A stretch of 64,000 nucleotides of DNA from assembly GCA_030704615.1 (NCBI GenBank), contig CM060732.1, positions 11,780,001-11,844,000 of the forward strand. The letters run 5' to 3'. Shown here piece after piece: positions 1 through 13,400 of this stretch. The DNA comes from Takakia lepidozioides. Lineage: Eukaryota > Plantae > Bryophyta. The notes beneath the pieces were generated by a model. That model did not search any database and was not told where the DNA came from. It saw nothing but the letters and a program-made list of their open reading frames with translations. The position numbers and the translations under genes were made by a program. Each line of letters starts with the position of its first letter. The first letter of the stretch is position 1.

Positions 1-1520
1 AAGTGACCGCCATAACTGGCGGTCGCAGCATTTTCAGAAATTAAAAATATACAAGCAACCGCCAGTAATGGCCATCGCTCTATTTAAAAATAAATAAAAA
101 ACAAAAGCGACCGCCAATAATGGCGGTCGTTCATAAGTTGTGTGGAGAGGAAGTGAGGGGAGAATGAGCCTCCCTTGGCTTGTCTGCCCCCCCCCCTCAA
201 TCCTCGGTCCACGCGTAAGGCACACCTTCTAGAAGCGACCGCCACAATGGCGGTCGCTATATTAAAAAAAACAAAAAAATAAAAGCGACCACCATTACTG
301 GCAGTCGCAATATTTTCAGAATTTAAAAATATACAAGTGACCACCAGTAATGGCGGTCGCACTATTTAAAACAATAAAAAATAAAAGCGACCGCCATAAC
401 TGGCGGTCGCAGCATTTTCAGAAACTAAAAATATACAAGCGACCGCCAGTAATGGCTGTCGCTCTATTTAAAAAAAATAAAAAACAAAAACGACCGCCAA
501 TATAGGCGGTCGCTCTATTTTAGTTTTTTTTATAAAATGCGGCCGCCATTACTGGCGGTCGTTGTATTTAAAAAATTTAAAAATATGCAAGCGACCGCCA
601 ATAATGGTGGTCGGTCTATTTTTTATTATAAAAATGACAACCAATAATGGCGGTCGCTCTATTTAAAAAACTAAAAAATAAAAGCGATCGTCATAACTGG
701 CGGTCACTTAAAAATATACAAGCGACCGCCAGTAATAGCCATCGCTCTATTTTAAAAAAATAAGAAACAAAAGCGACCGCCAATAATGGCGGTCGCTCTA
801 TTTTAGTTTTTAAGAAAAAATGCGACCGCCATTACTGGCGGTCGCTGTATTTTCAGAATTTAAAAATATACAAGCGACCGCCAATAATGGCGGTCGGTCT
901 ATTTTATTATTTTTAAATGACAACCAATAATGACGGTCGCTCTATTTTATTTTTTTTAAAAAAAATACGACCAATATAACTGGCGGTCGCTGCATTTTCT
1001 GAAATTAAAAATATTTTTAATATTTTTAAAATAAAGCGACGGCCATATTATGGCCGTCGCTTGTTTTTTTTTAATATATTTAAAATATAGCGACGGCCAT
1101 ATTATGGTAGTCGCTGGTTTTTTTTAATATATTTTCAAAATAAAGCGACTGCCGTATTATGGTGGTCGCTGGGTTTTTTAATATATTTGTAAAATTAAGC
1201 GATCGCTATATTATGGCGGTCGCTTGCTTTTTATATATTATTGAAAACAAGCGACTGCCAATTCTGGCGGTCGCTTGTTTTTTATATATTTTCAAAATTA
1301 TGTGACCGCCAAAACGGAGGTTGCTATTTTTTTTATAAAAATTAGACGACCGCCGATGCGACTGACAATTTTTATTTATTTTTTAACGAACGCCATGTTG
1401 GCGGTCACTCTTATTTCTAAAATTCCGAAATATAAAGCGACCGCCAGAATTGGCGGTCGCTTTCATTTTATTATTTTCCAAAATGTATTTGCCACCGCTA
1501 CCGTGTCGGCGACGTGGCTG
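1..1520. repeat. Array of palindromic GCGACCGCCA-N5/6-TGGCGGTCGC units separated by A/T tracts; CACTA-type subterminal repeat region
   Basis: Roughly two dozen copies at ~50-60 bp spacing (e.g. 107-130, 285-308, 773-796, 873-896); directly abuts a truncated Tnp2 gene; related GCGAC/GTCGC motifs lie next to CACTA termini at 6340-6589 and 27950-28637. Confidence 0.75.
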
Positions 1521-1649
1521 CTTAAGTAGCAATATTTTACCTGGTACTTTTTTTACTAGATTATTCTCGGAACCTGACGTGACGGAGGTCCCGTCAGCGT
1601 CAAGTATGACATGACCTTACGCTGACAGACGGACGTGACGCTGATAACC

Positions 1650-4600
1650 GGGGTCCAAAGCAAGATGCCTCTCATCTAAAAAGATTGTCCGGCCATTGGG
1701 TCAAGTGAAGCATCCAATGCCGGGACCCCCCTCCATAGCTCCTTAAGTTCATCAACAAGAGGTCGCAAATACGTGTCCATGTTTGCCACTTGTTTTTTCC
1801 CTGTGAGACATTCACATCATTGTTTCAATGCTCCACCAATATGCAAATTATATTACAAAATGAATTACACGTCTTACTTCATGATTATGTCACTCATCAA
1901 TCTTGCATCCGAATTGCGTCAGAGATCAGAAGTTTAATGTAAAGTCTAAGGCAATAATAAACATGAAATGAGTACACTCACCTGGCACAATGGCAGCCAA
2001 CATGATATGGCCTTTTTTAATTGAAAGATACGGAGGGATGTTGTAATTCACCATGGTCACCGGCCAAGTGGAATGACTACATGACTGGACAGAGAATGGG
2101 TTGACCCCATCCGAGGAGAAGCCGAGGTGGACATGTCGTGGGTCCTCCAAGAGAAAAGGCCATATCTCTTCAATATGCCTCTATGCTTGTGAATCTTGTG
2201 GCCCGCACACCTTTCCCAGGGGGCTCCGATGCGAGGCGTGCCATCTCATGAGTCTGGCCAATTCGGGGCTTCGGTACTATGCCCTCAATCACGCGAGATG
2301 ATCGGAAAGTAATGCATTTTCTAGGATGAAATACCCCACACCCCCCACATGTAATCATCCCATTAACACACATAATACAACACCCTTATGTCTTTCCTTT
2401 TATGCAGCATCTCCCTCATTTGGGTGTGAATGGTCAAAACCGAACGTCGCTCCTTCCACTCCTCACTCACTCATTCCAAAACCACAATCAGATCTTGCAT
2501 GAGTACTACTCTCTAAACCCTAAACTTTGTGGAATACACTTTATATACATTGAGAAGATTAAAGAAAGTAATCTCCATGCGAGGGGGAATGGCGCTTATA
2601 CCTTGCGTGGTACTTTTTTCTCTTAGACATCATCCCGATATCGGCCTTTTTTGCACTTTGGGCACTTGGTGAGACGCGAATCCTCTCCGTAGTATAGGGT
2701 TTTATCACATGGACATGCATGAAAAAATTTATAGCCCATCCCCACAAAGTCCAAGACTTCGCGCGTCTCTTTCCGCGACCGTGACATTTTGGGTTTCAAG
2801 TGTAGAGCAAGGATATAGTCTGCAATAGTTTGCATTATGGCAGACATCCCAACATTACTTATGCCAAATCGAATTTGAAGATTGAGCAAAAGTAAGATTG
2901 TTGAAAATCGACTCACTTTCGCCCCTTCGTACAAGGGAGTTCTCGCCTCCCTCTCCATGTCATTTGAGGGGGCCATTTCAGGATCATCGATTGGCCGGGT
3001 TCCCTCTTCATGGGATGCATCAGCGCCCACATGATGCATTAAGATATCCTCCATGGCTTGCACATCCTCCTGGTTAATTTCATGCTCATTGTTGCTGTCA
3101 CTGTCACTATCACTGTCATCGTCATCATCGTCCGGTACCGTGGGGGCGGCGTCTCGCCCACGGCTCTCGCCTGATGTACTTGGGTTGTTTTCGGATGGGG
3201 AGCCAAGAGAAAAAACTGGGAAGGGATGAACAAAGTCCTGATACGAACAAATGAACATAGGGACATATATTATAATGTGTCCTTGCAACCATACACTTCA
3301 TTATAAGCGAAATGCAAACAACAACCTTCAATGTGTGTGTGCATCAAATATGTCATTCGATAATTACATGTATGTGCGCAACGTACACGCATGCAAAGTT
3401 TCAAACCCAAACAAAATCATTTGCCCCCCCCAATGACGCATTCACCCTATCAATCAATTTTTGTTTATTAATATGAAAGAAAATCTTCTCATGCCATTGC
3501 ACCCAACAAACGGATGTGGCTCAAGCTTCATTTTTTTCCCACATGTGCTTAATTATATGTACAACACATGTACAAAGATCCAGCAGGAAAAAAAAAAAAA
3601 AATGTCTCCCCAACGACGTACTCACCCTTGCACCAATTTTGAATTAAATCGAATTTAAAATAAATATTTACATTTAGAAAATATATGATTGCGGTTTTGA
3701 GGGGCGTAATGATTTTATTTTTAGCTCTATTTTGTTCTGTGACATCGGGCTTTGCACCACTACATCCATGCAAAAAGTAGGACAAAAAAAATTTGGAAAA
3801 AAAATAAATGTGTTTCTAGGGTCACTTTTGCAGAACTCTCTATGAAAAATGCATGAATTTGAAGACATGAAGTTGAAGTTGAAGACTTTTGGAGTGCAAA
3901 TGAGAGAACAAAATCTGGTTATGGGTCCAAATGACTTTTGTTTACTCCCAAATTTTGCACACACATTGCATATGCTATCATTAAGCATATGGCTTGAAAA
4001 TGGAATAAAAAAAAAATCATCTGCAGGTGAAACACAATTTTCCGTCTCTATGACACGTAGCTGCGTTCAACACTAGAATGACCCATTGAATCAACTTGGT
4101 TCAAGCTCATATTTGGTCCACATGTGCATAAGTATGTTTAGATCACATACGCAAAGTTGCAACCCACACGAGCAACAAGAAAAAAATTTACATCAATCGA
4201 TTAATCGGATGTATACAAAGTACATCATGAGAATATCTACAATGCCCCTCTACGCGATCCCTGCCTAAAAGGAACCTTATTTCTATCATACACATCCCAC
4301 TCACGCTGTAATCGGAGGTCCCAATCATCCCGGGAGAACTCGTATGATTCAAATAGTTCGCTGCCAGCCCTAATAGTCCTACTAGCACATGTCATCACAA
4401 ACATGTGCATCCCCTCACAGTATACTGACGTATGACTACAAAAGCTCTCATGCCCATCGCTTCGCTCGTCGTATACTACATTGGTTATCCTAGGATGACC
4501 AAAAGAACTATTGACCAGCCCAGCAACATTGCCGAAGACGTCGGGGTCACCATCACAAAATCTGATCTCAATGGGAGACAACCCCCGTCTACATACATCC

Positions 4601-5755
4601 TGTCCGTTGACACACAAAATGTAGGGTAGGATGTATGGGGCTTCGAGGCGTAATGTACGGAACTCCGCGGAGATGTAGTATGGACCGTAGTAGGGCAACA
4701 AGTCCACCATGCTGTTTCTCCGAGGATGAACCACAATATCATTGACCGTGAATAAACCCCGACCCATAGCAGGGTCTGTAGCGGCTCTCACAACATACCG
4801 TCTCCCCCAATACTCGAACTCCACACCCAACAACGAGGCTAGACGGTCCTCAGTAACATAGTCCTATGCGCTTCCCATCGGGGGCGAGGATCCAGCTCAG
4901 GCCGCCCAAGCCGAAGGGGAGGAAACCTAGGGCGAAGCCGACCCCTCCTAGGGGTTCGGGGGGCACATGCACGTGGAGGTGGAGGTGGAGGTGGTACTGC
5001 TGGCGGAGGAGATGAAAGTGGAGGTGGTTGAGGATGTAATGTCGGAGGTGCAGCCGGGGGTACAACGTCCGGATCAGGTACAACCGGAGGTGGATCAGGC
5101 AAAGAAACAGACGGGGGGGGGGGGGGGGGGGATGCCACAATCAGGGGGACCGCCTGAGGAAACTGGAGGGGGTGGGGGGGGGGGGGGGGGGTGGGCCTGC
5201 TCGTCGCCGGCCATAACGCCTACGACACCTACGATACCCTCGACCCTACGCATCTCATCTACGTGCTGCTGGGGGAACCAACTGGTCACATTGGGCACAT
5301 GCTCTGGCACAAATTCTGCAAGTAGACCGGCGCGAAATGCCTCATGTGCAATGTGATTGCGAGCTTGGGCATCAAGTCGTGGCTGCAATGTGCGTAGTGA
5401 ACGACGCATCAATACTTATGTCGTAATTTTGATTCATGTATGCTTACCAATCATACTATATTATTAGATAAACCTAAATGTACCTTAAATGAATGTTAAT
5501 GAGAGGGGTCGGAAAAACACTCACCTTTGCCGCATCCGCAATCTTGTTCTTCTTGTAATGTTTTTTGACAACATGCGGTCGCCGCCTCGGTGGTCTGGTA
5601 CCGCCCGGCGGTATCCGTTTCCAACACTTAGTGCACCAACACTCAATCCTGTCGGGGGGGGGGGGTTCAAAGGTGGACGTGGTTGGACGGGGTGGCCCGC
5701 GAGAGGGCAACCCGCGGCGCCCCCGACTCGATCCCGGAGTGTCAACATCCTCCAC
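1650..5755 (-). pseudogene. Tnp2/TnpD-family (Transposase_21) transposase, spliced, frameshifted and truncated
   Basis: Exon 5755-5525 (IECWCTKC...VVKKHY, transposase-associated domain-like, donor AAG|GTGAGT). Exon from 3237 (HACPCDKTLYYG...CPKCKKGRY). Then DPRHVHLGFSSDGVNPF...STWPVTMVNYNIPP...IVPG, a GT-AG intron at 1981-1801, and GKKQVANMDTYLRPLVDELKELWRGV...F*MRGILLWT, after which homology stops. Confidence 0.85.
4237..5382 (-). CDS. Pro-rich linker plus SET-domain (lysine methyltransferase-like) protein; intact SET core in ORF 4237-4833
   Basis: SET motifs in order: GRGLFT, LLPYYG, DGDPDVFGNVAGLVNSS (cf. GNxARFINHS), TNVVY, ASRTIRAGSELFESY (cf. AxRDIxxGEELxxDY). The upstream Pro-rich part is broken at G/C homopolymers. 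Confidence 0.75.
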
Positions 5756-6964
5756 ATCACCTGAAATTTGGCCCCGGTCCCTTCTACGATTGTGCCCGGC
5801 AACCTATATTGGATCAGGTGCAATGGATGGCTCCTCGCCACGAAAAATGGTCGCTCTAGGGCCACAATCGATATGTGGTACTACCTCCCCATCCTCGAGG
5901 GAGACGGGTCGATGTTTCCTCACCATCCCATCCTAATTAACACACATCACCAACACTTTCATTTCTCAAAAACCGTTGGCAAAAAAACCCTGTGCCTTAG
6001 CCTCGGGGCTTTCAAAATTGGTAACCAAAGGCGGAGCATCCCTATGGTGCTAGAGCCCAAGACAATAAATCCTTCCTCTCGTTCTATCTTCAGGATGCCC
6101 ACACCATGGAAAAATTTGTTGAGACCCAGCGCTTTGCGATTATCAGATTGAACCACATTTTGGGTATGTGAATCCTAATTACACCGTTTATCCTTTTAAC
6201 CCCAAGACCCACAACCAAAACCGCCAATCCAAAACCCAGCACCATAAAGAAAAGAAAACACCCAAACCAGTACCATATGAAAAAAAATAAAAAAAAATAA
6301 AAACTAAGAAACCCAAAAGGCCCTAAAACCTAAACCCAGAAAGGCCGGCCGTCGCCTCCTGCGACACCCTCGTGTCGCATTTGATGACAAGTTTTTTTTT
6401 CATTTTTTTATCTGGGGGTCGCACCCCGCGACGGACAGCCGTCGCGGGGGGCGACGTGTTTTTTATATGGGGCCGGGGGGACGGCCAGCCGTCGCAAACT
6501 TCATTTTTACATTTTAAAAAAAGGGCAGGCGCAGGCGTGCGACGGCGGGCGTCGCACGTGGGCACCGCATCTTTTTTTTTCCCTAAGTGTTGAAGCATCT
6601 CTTTCCCCTCCATTTTCGTTTGTTCTTTGGGAGAGAGGTAGTTCAGAGAGTGGGGTTTAGGGTGGAGGAGAAACGCACCTGCTGTTGAGCCCGAGGTGGT
6701 CGCAAGGCCCCAAGGAGTTTGCCCCAACGCCGCTCCAACGCCCAAGGTAAGCACCGCCTCCTCCCTCACTTTCTGTCTTTCTTTCTTGCCCTAAGCACGG
6801 GCTGATGTCTCTCTCCCCTGTGTGGTAGGAACGCCGCGCAGAGGCGCAACCTAACGAGCTGAAGAGAGAGAGAGCCGTGGTGAGCGGGGGAGAGATGCCT
6901 GTAGCGGCGGGGACCCGCGCCGCTGGTAGCTGCGACAGCACCGCAGCAGCAGCAGAGGTACGTC

Positions 6965-7410
6965 AGGGAAATTGCACTCTCCATTTCCTCTCTGTTTCTG
7001 TTTACTGTTCAAAGGTAGTCTTCTTGCCCTGACTTTAACTTTAGGTCTGGTGCCAAGAGTGGGATAGACCCTTGAGCGCATCCATGATGTCCTCCCCCAT
7101 GTCACAGACTGGAAACACGTTCAGGGAAGTTTTCTTCCTAACTTCATTTTCATCGGACAATTTTCTGGTAACAGACATGGCTTTGGATACTACACTCTCT
7201 AAGTCAGGTTTATCCAGCAAGGTCAAGACTTGCAGGTCTAGATTCAGATCCTGGAGAATCTCTTTTACTCTCTTCTCCTAGGGCTCACCCTGTTTGACAG
7301 GGCGGTCATGTTTCCAAGATATAGAGTCGATTAACTTAGGATATCTGGTGTTGGACATATGTTGCAGCTGAACCCACCATCTGACCTTGAATTTAGGGTG
7401 TCGGGAGCTT
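6965..7410 (-). mobile_element. Non-LTR retrotransposon (LINE-like) 3' ORF remnant, copy 1
   Basis: Homologous to 15420-15990, 18385-19135 and 21860-22490, which together encode LKFKLRAGSLPLN...CGQSEDSTHFLIHCPGF (C-terminal CCHC/zf-RVT-like motif). Confidence 0.55.
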
Positions 7411-8459
7411 AAAAGAGAGCAGCACAGAAGAGAGGGAAGATATACATGTCATGTCAAGACATGGACAAGACCGCTAAGGTCATTGTCATTGAAAGACAAA
7501 ACAGCCCTTTATAGGGCACCATCTAACATTCCCTTTCATGTTTACAATCTCATTTGAATACCCCATTACATTTCAGGGTCTCTGAAAAAACAGGGTGGGA
7601 GGGTGGGATTCACTAGAAGCATTCGTGTCTTTTCCGAATCGACTGCATGTCCAAAACCGCTGAGGGAACAACTTTGAGATGTTGGTTACTACTGCACAGT
7701 CGTAACGGATAAATTCGCATTTCTAATGGCGGATAGAAGTTGCATCAACGACTCCGCAGTCGGCGCAATATTCGCGGTGATTTAATTCAATTACGTAAAT
7801 TGTTTTTTTTTTCTTAAAAACAACAATTACAAGTGGTTTTAAGCACTAGAGAAGGACTCTTAACAACTAGGCATTCATTGCACACCCTATTCAAAAATGG
7901 AAGTTTTATAAGTGCTCCACATGGCTCATGACGTGGAATATTTTAATGTATTTTAGGGCTTGTGTGGCTCGTAGTGATTGTTCTAATCGTCGGATGTAAA
8001 ATGATCTAAGGGTGAAAGAGTAACTTTGTCTTTTGCCTGAATTTGTCTAAGTGTTGGGAGAGGGATGGAGGCTTGGGAGAGAGACGAGCAAGTGATGCGA
8101 GAAGGATGAAGACCAAATCGAGGCCCATGTCCTGTTGTTGCAAGCGTTTATGGCGTCAAGGGCGCATTATGTGCAAATGTGGGCTCTTGGCTCCCCTTTG
8201 TACCATGATTTGGTATTCTTCCTGATGATCACAAGGTTCTTGGGGAATCAGCTTGGTCTTAGCAGCCCATATTTTAATCTCTGCCTGCTCAGCTGCACCG
8301 TGGTGGTTCTTACGGACCAATCCCACATTACCTGACTGCAGATACAAGCAGCACGCACAAGAGGTCTTCTTGGGTTCATGGTCAGTCTAATCCGCAATGG
8401 GTCATGACACAAGGTAGAGGACAATGTGGTGAGGGCACCTTCTTCTTCGAGCTATTTCA

Positions 8460-9290
8460 GCCTGTTTTGCCGAGATGTAGTGTCGTGGAGTGCGATTCTT
8501 GCAGGGTATGCACAGCAGGGACGTGGGATGGAGGCTTTGGAGACCTATGAAGTTGTGAAGGGAGAGTTTGATAACATGGTTGAACGAGATGTTGTCTCAT
8601 GGAACACGCTGAATCTCGCAAGATATGGCCAGCATGTGTGCGGGATGAGGGCATTGGAGACATATGAGCAAATGTTGCGAGAAGGGGTGCAGCCTGACCG
8701 GGTCACGTTCATTTGTGTTTGCAATGCATGTGCAAACCTGGAAGCCCTGGAGACTTGGAGACCTGGCAAAGGGCAAAGAGGTCCATCGTGACATCGTCAA
8801 AGCTGGAAGTGTACCAGATGTAACAATACCTCGTCGACATGTATGCCAAACGTGGGAGCATTCCCTCGTGGACAAGGAGTGTTCAACAATATGGCTGAGT
8901 GAAACGTGGTGTGGTGGAACGTGATGATCGCAGGACATGCACAACCTGGGCGGGGATTGAGGGTTTTGGAGACCTATGAGCAAATGATGTGGGTCTAGGA
9001 GGTGAAGCCCGAGCACATTACGTTTGTTTGTGTTTGTAGTGCATGTGCGAGCTGTTGGAGGAGGGCAAAGAGGTCCATGGTTGCATCGTCAAAGCTGGAA
9101 TTGTGGTAGATGTCATTCTGAACATGAATACCCTTCTAGATAGGGAGTGTTCAACAATATGCTGAGCAAAATGTGGTGTCGTGGAAAGTGATGATCGCAG
9201 GACATGCACAACAGGGGCAAGGATTGCAGGTTTTGGAGACCTATGAGCAGTTGATGTGGGAGGGGGTGAAGTCCGACCACATTACGTTCA
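8460..9290 (+). pseudogene. PLS-class pentatricopeptide repeat (PPR) gene fragments captured inside the CACTA
   Basis: RDVVSWSAILAGYAQQGRGMEALETYE, ERDVVSWNT, MLREGVQPDRVTFICVCNACANLEAL, GKEVHRDIVKAG; repeated about three times with frameshifts. Confidence 0.85.
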
Positions 9291-12200
9291 GAGAGTTCAA
9301 ATGCCTCTCCACCATGACCTTGCTTAGCTAACCATGCCTTGCTGAGGTTGTTGTCTTGCACTTGAGCTGTTTTTGGACACGCTAGAACATCCAGCAAGGC
9401 CTCTGCTCGAGAGAGAAATCAGCTTGAATGCAGGGTCAGATTTTGAGACACAATCACCACTCAGAACTGTTCTTTGCACCAGCATGGCATGTCAGCATGC
9501 ATATCAGCCCAAACTCATTACTCCGTGAGCCTTCCACTGCCGGAGTGTGCCCTTCAAGCAGATCTCGAACGCAGAGGGATGGAACGGGGTTTTGAAACCA
9601 GCATTGCCCAACTGGATACCCAATTCAGCTCCGCATCTTCGGTCCATAATCTGCTGCACATTGTGAAGTTTCTGCCCGTTCACCGCAAGTTGAAGAAGGA
9701 GAATTCTTAAACACGGGTACTCATAATCTGAAAATGGCTCCAGCTTATGTTGCTTGAGTGCGAATATGAGTGTGGTTGCTTGGCAACTTTACATTTGGTC
9801 CATCCACTCCATATGATGAGCAGGATTCAGCTTGATCTCTCACACAAAAAAGACGCTGCCAAGATGGGTTTGCTACCCTGGATAACTCCCGTCGTTGTTA
9901 TGGGGCTGCAACATACAATTAATCTCGCCCATGGCGAGGGGCCTTGCATTCCACCAATCATCTGTAAGTCCCGTGAAACTGTTTTGTGGCAGTTTGTAAG
10001 CAGGGGCAGCGATGGTGGGTTGTTGTAGGATTTGATGAACTCAATGCCGTTGTACTGACAACAACCCCTCATATCTTATGCAAGCATTCAACAAACCAAG
10101 TTGACTGCAGAGCATAGGCCCCCCACGTTTCTAGTTGCCTAATGTTCTTCATTACCTGGCAGAGCATTTTCCAGGGTCTCCATCTGTGATGACACACTAT
10201 ATTCTCATGTGGTTCAGCTTCTGGTCTTGTTCTTGTTTGCCACCACCCAATGAAGGCAGTTCCCACCTGCTTGATTCTCTCCATATGGTTGTTTGGCAGG
10301 GTTTCCCACAAACCGCATTTCCTTTTCAGACTGCCAGTCATCAGCTCGTTCTCCAATGCTTCACTTTCTTCCCAAGTGAAGTGCTCTCCTCTTTTATGCT
10401 TCAACATCCTGTGCAGGTGTCTTTTCCTTCATCTCCCGTGGTGCTTTTGAATGAATGAGCACTGATTGCATGTTGGCAACACTTACGGTGTCCCTTCCTT
10501 GCATGCCACTCCAGGCCCCGTCATTGACTTTCTGGCAGGGAAGTCTCCTCCTCTCCTTCATTTTCTGGCTCTGTTGGTGCCCACTCACCATGCTATCAAG
10601 GCTGCATTTATTCGTGGTGTTGCGCCAGCCAAGGGCGATCTTTCACTGGTCCAATTGTTGGCAGCAGCTGATTGGAGTCTTCTTGGCAGAGTCTCCCACG
10701 AGCTCCCATCAGGCATCAGGTTTTCTACCCTGCCCTTCCACTTTTCATAAGCAAGGTGCCTGTCTTCCTCCCTTTCACTCTTCAGCCTCTCAGGCAGATT
10801 TTTCTTCATGCGATGCTGCTCCCATACTTCAGTCCTTGTTAATTTCTCCAGCCATCGCCCTCAGGTTTTGACAAGGTATTGCTGCCCTTCCTTGTGTCTT
10901 TCCTCACTCCCAGCTGCTGGTTTTATCCCAGATTCACCTCTCATCCTTGCTTGGGTTTTGCTTGCCAAACAGCCCTTGTGTGGGGAACTTCAACGAAAGG
11001 AAACATTCATTCTCAACTCCTGTCTTTGTACCTCTTTGCAGCAGTCCAGCCTCGGGTGCCTCACTTTCTGATTGCTAGGTTGCATTCTTCGACCGCCAAC
11101 CTTTGACAGGAAAGTGTGCTCCCTCTTCCTCATCTTCTACTGGTTCCCTTGATGCTTCACTTTGTATGTCTTCCTCCTCATGTTTTAGCAGCAGCTCCCA
11201 TGCCTGAATTGTACTTTTCCTCGTAGTTGATCTGTGCTTCATTTTTCTCCGTAGCTTAATCAACTGTTTGTCTTGGCAGCTCCTTGTCTGAGTGCCGTGT
11301 CTCACTGCATCTCCTTGGCTGCCCACCATCCATAGAGTCTTTCTTGCACTATTCTGACCCTCGTCGGCATGCACTTTGTTGCGATGCCCCCACATGTATT
11401 TGATGCTCCCTGTAATCATCAACATAGTGCACATGGAAGATGGAAGATGGTTTGTACACATGGAAGAATAGCTGAAGGACCAAGGATAGAGTGGGGGTCC
11501 AGATTCATAAGAGGGCCGGATTTCAAGTGAAGAAGATGTACGATCGACATCCAGACAAAGACGATTAACACTTCGATAAGGTATGATCTGGAATGAATAT
11601 GTTGTCTTCATGGCTGACGTGAGGCTTTCACAGATTCCACCTCTTTGTCATGGTAGGCATGAGTACATCCACAAGCTGTAGTGCCTTGGATGAGAAGCAG
11701 TCCCCTCACAAAGTATATACGCTCGTTTTCTCAAGAGCATACAAATTCTTTGCCTAGCAGAATGCTATTCTATACTTTTCACTCTGAAACAAAATCCACT
11801 TGTCATGTAGGATTGGAGTAGCCCTGCCTGAGTTACCATCACACCCTCTCTTATCGTGTGGGCGACAACCTGAGATTACCATGATTGATTATTTTCAAGA
11901 TCTCAGGAAACACTCAATCAGCTTACATGATTGTGTTAGATGTGTCAAGTCGCAATCTCAAGCTAGAATGGAACCTCAAGGCTGGCTCTGGTAGAGCAGG
12001 GACTATTTCCCTTTGGGTGCTTATTACATGTATTCTTACCTCTGGGCTTGCAATTGTGTGCAACAGGCCTGATGGACTGGAGAAGGCTTATGTAAGGCTT
12101 GACAACTAATTATGATGCGTTGGATATGGCAAACAAAGTGGTATCATCTAGAATGGTTCTTGTTGTTGGAACTGGGTTGGTTTTGAGAGGTGTTTTGTAA

Positions 12201-12309
12201 GTTTGTAGTTTGCAAAGTGCTTTTCATGAGTTTCATCCAATAAACGTATGTAAAATGTCTGGCTTTAGAACAGTTATATTTTGATAGCTTTCATAGTTAT
12301 GTGCTAATG

Positions 12310-13400
12310 ACTGCTAATGAAGGCACCTTCTTCAATTTCACCTTGTTTTCCCCTCTTATCAGAATCGCCCCTAATTATTCATGTCTGGATTCTGCAAGCT
12401 AGCTGGTTGAGTGAAGCTTGATAGTTGGAGTTGACTTTGACATGATTCTGCCAATGTGACAACAGGGAAAGTATCAGAAACAGGTAACACAGACAAGGAG
12501 AAGTTGTTGGAATGAATACTTTCTGACCCCAGTCAATGGTGGGACAAGAGAGGAAGAAGGTGAATGTTTGTTGGATTATAGAGAGTAGCATATGCAATGA
12601 GCGTAGGAACTAGTGTGATAAGTTAAGTTGGGTGTTTCCTAGAACAAGTCTAGGCTGTCATCGTCAACTGCTAGCAACAAGGCAAGGTTGTATGCATGAT
12701 TCGTACGAGGCATGGATAGCTGAAGGAGCAAGGAGAGAGTGTGGGTGCAGATTCACCCAAGAGGGCCGGACTTCAAGCTCCAGATTAACTATGAAGCTAC
12801 AAGAAACCTGCATGGGTAGATGGTCAACTGGCAGCAACGGCACAATTGATAAAATCAGACATTGTTAATGAAGACATCTTCTTCACCACATTTCACCCTG
12901 TTTTTCCCTCTTATAAGAATCAGCCCAAAATTTCGATGTGAATTTTGCAAGTTAGCTGGTGAGTGAATCTAGTTTGGAGTGATTTTGACATGATACTGCT
13001 ATGTGACAACACGAAAGTATCCAAAAACAAGTAACAGACATCAGGAGAAGCTATGGAATGAATACTTTTCTGCCCCCAGTCAATGATGGGACAAATGAGG
13101 CAAAAAGGTGAATGTCTGCTACATTTCAGAGAGTAGCAGACGCAATTGAGCATAGGAACTAGTGTGATAAGCTGAGTTGGGTGTTCTAGAACAAATGTAG
13201 GTTGTCATTGTTAGCTACTAGCAAAAAGGCAAGGATGAATGCATGATTTGTGCAGGGGCATGGATAGTTGAAGGAGCAGGGATAGAGTGTGGTCCAGATT
13301 CATCCTAGAGGGGCAAATTTTCAAGCACAAGATTACATATAATCTCTGTGGATCAATAACTACAAGAAACCTCCATGGGTAGATGGTCTATTCCGTGGGA
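12310..13400. repeat. Diverged tandem duplication of a ~550-bp unit; partial third copy near 11480-11530
   Basis: 12318-12830 aligns by eye with 12867-13395 (shared ttccctcttat, gaatgaatactt..ccccagtcaatg, taggaactagtgtgataag, ctacaagaaacct..atgggtagatggtc). Confidence 0.75.

Larger units (their letters stand above)
1..6589 (-). mobile_element. CACTA/En-Spm DNA transposon, internally deleted, carrying a Tnp2 remnant and a SET-domain ORF; other terminus outside the window
   Basis: Tnp2 motifs; GCGAC/GTCGC subterminal repeats at both sides; CACTA-like end (reverse complement CACTTAGGGAAAA) at 6589. Confidence 0.75.

Noticed and set aside
1-1520. CRISPR-like array of palindromic repeats
   Set aside because: Spacers are low-complexity, mutually similar A/T tracts; no cas genes; eukaryotic CACTA context
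9300-11680. Identifiable captured gene on the minus strand
   Set aside because: Looks coding-derived but has many stops, and I could not assign a family without a search
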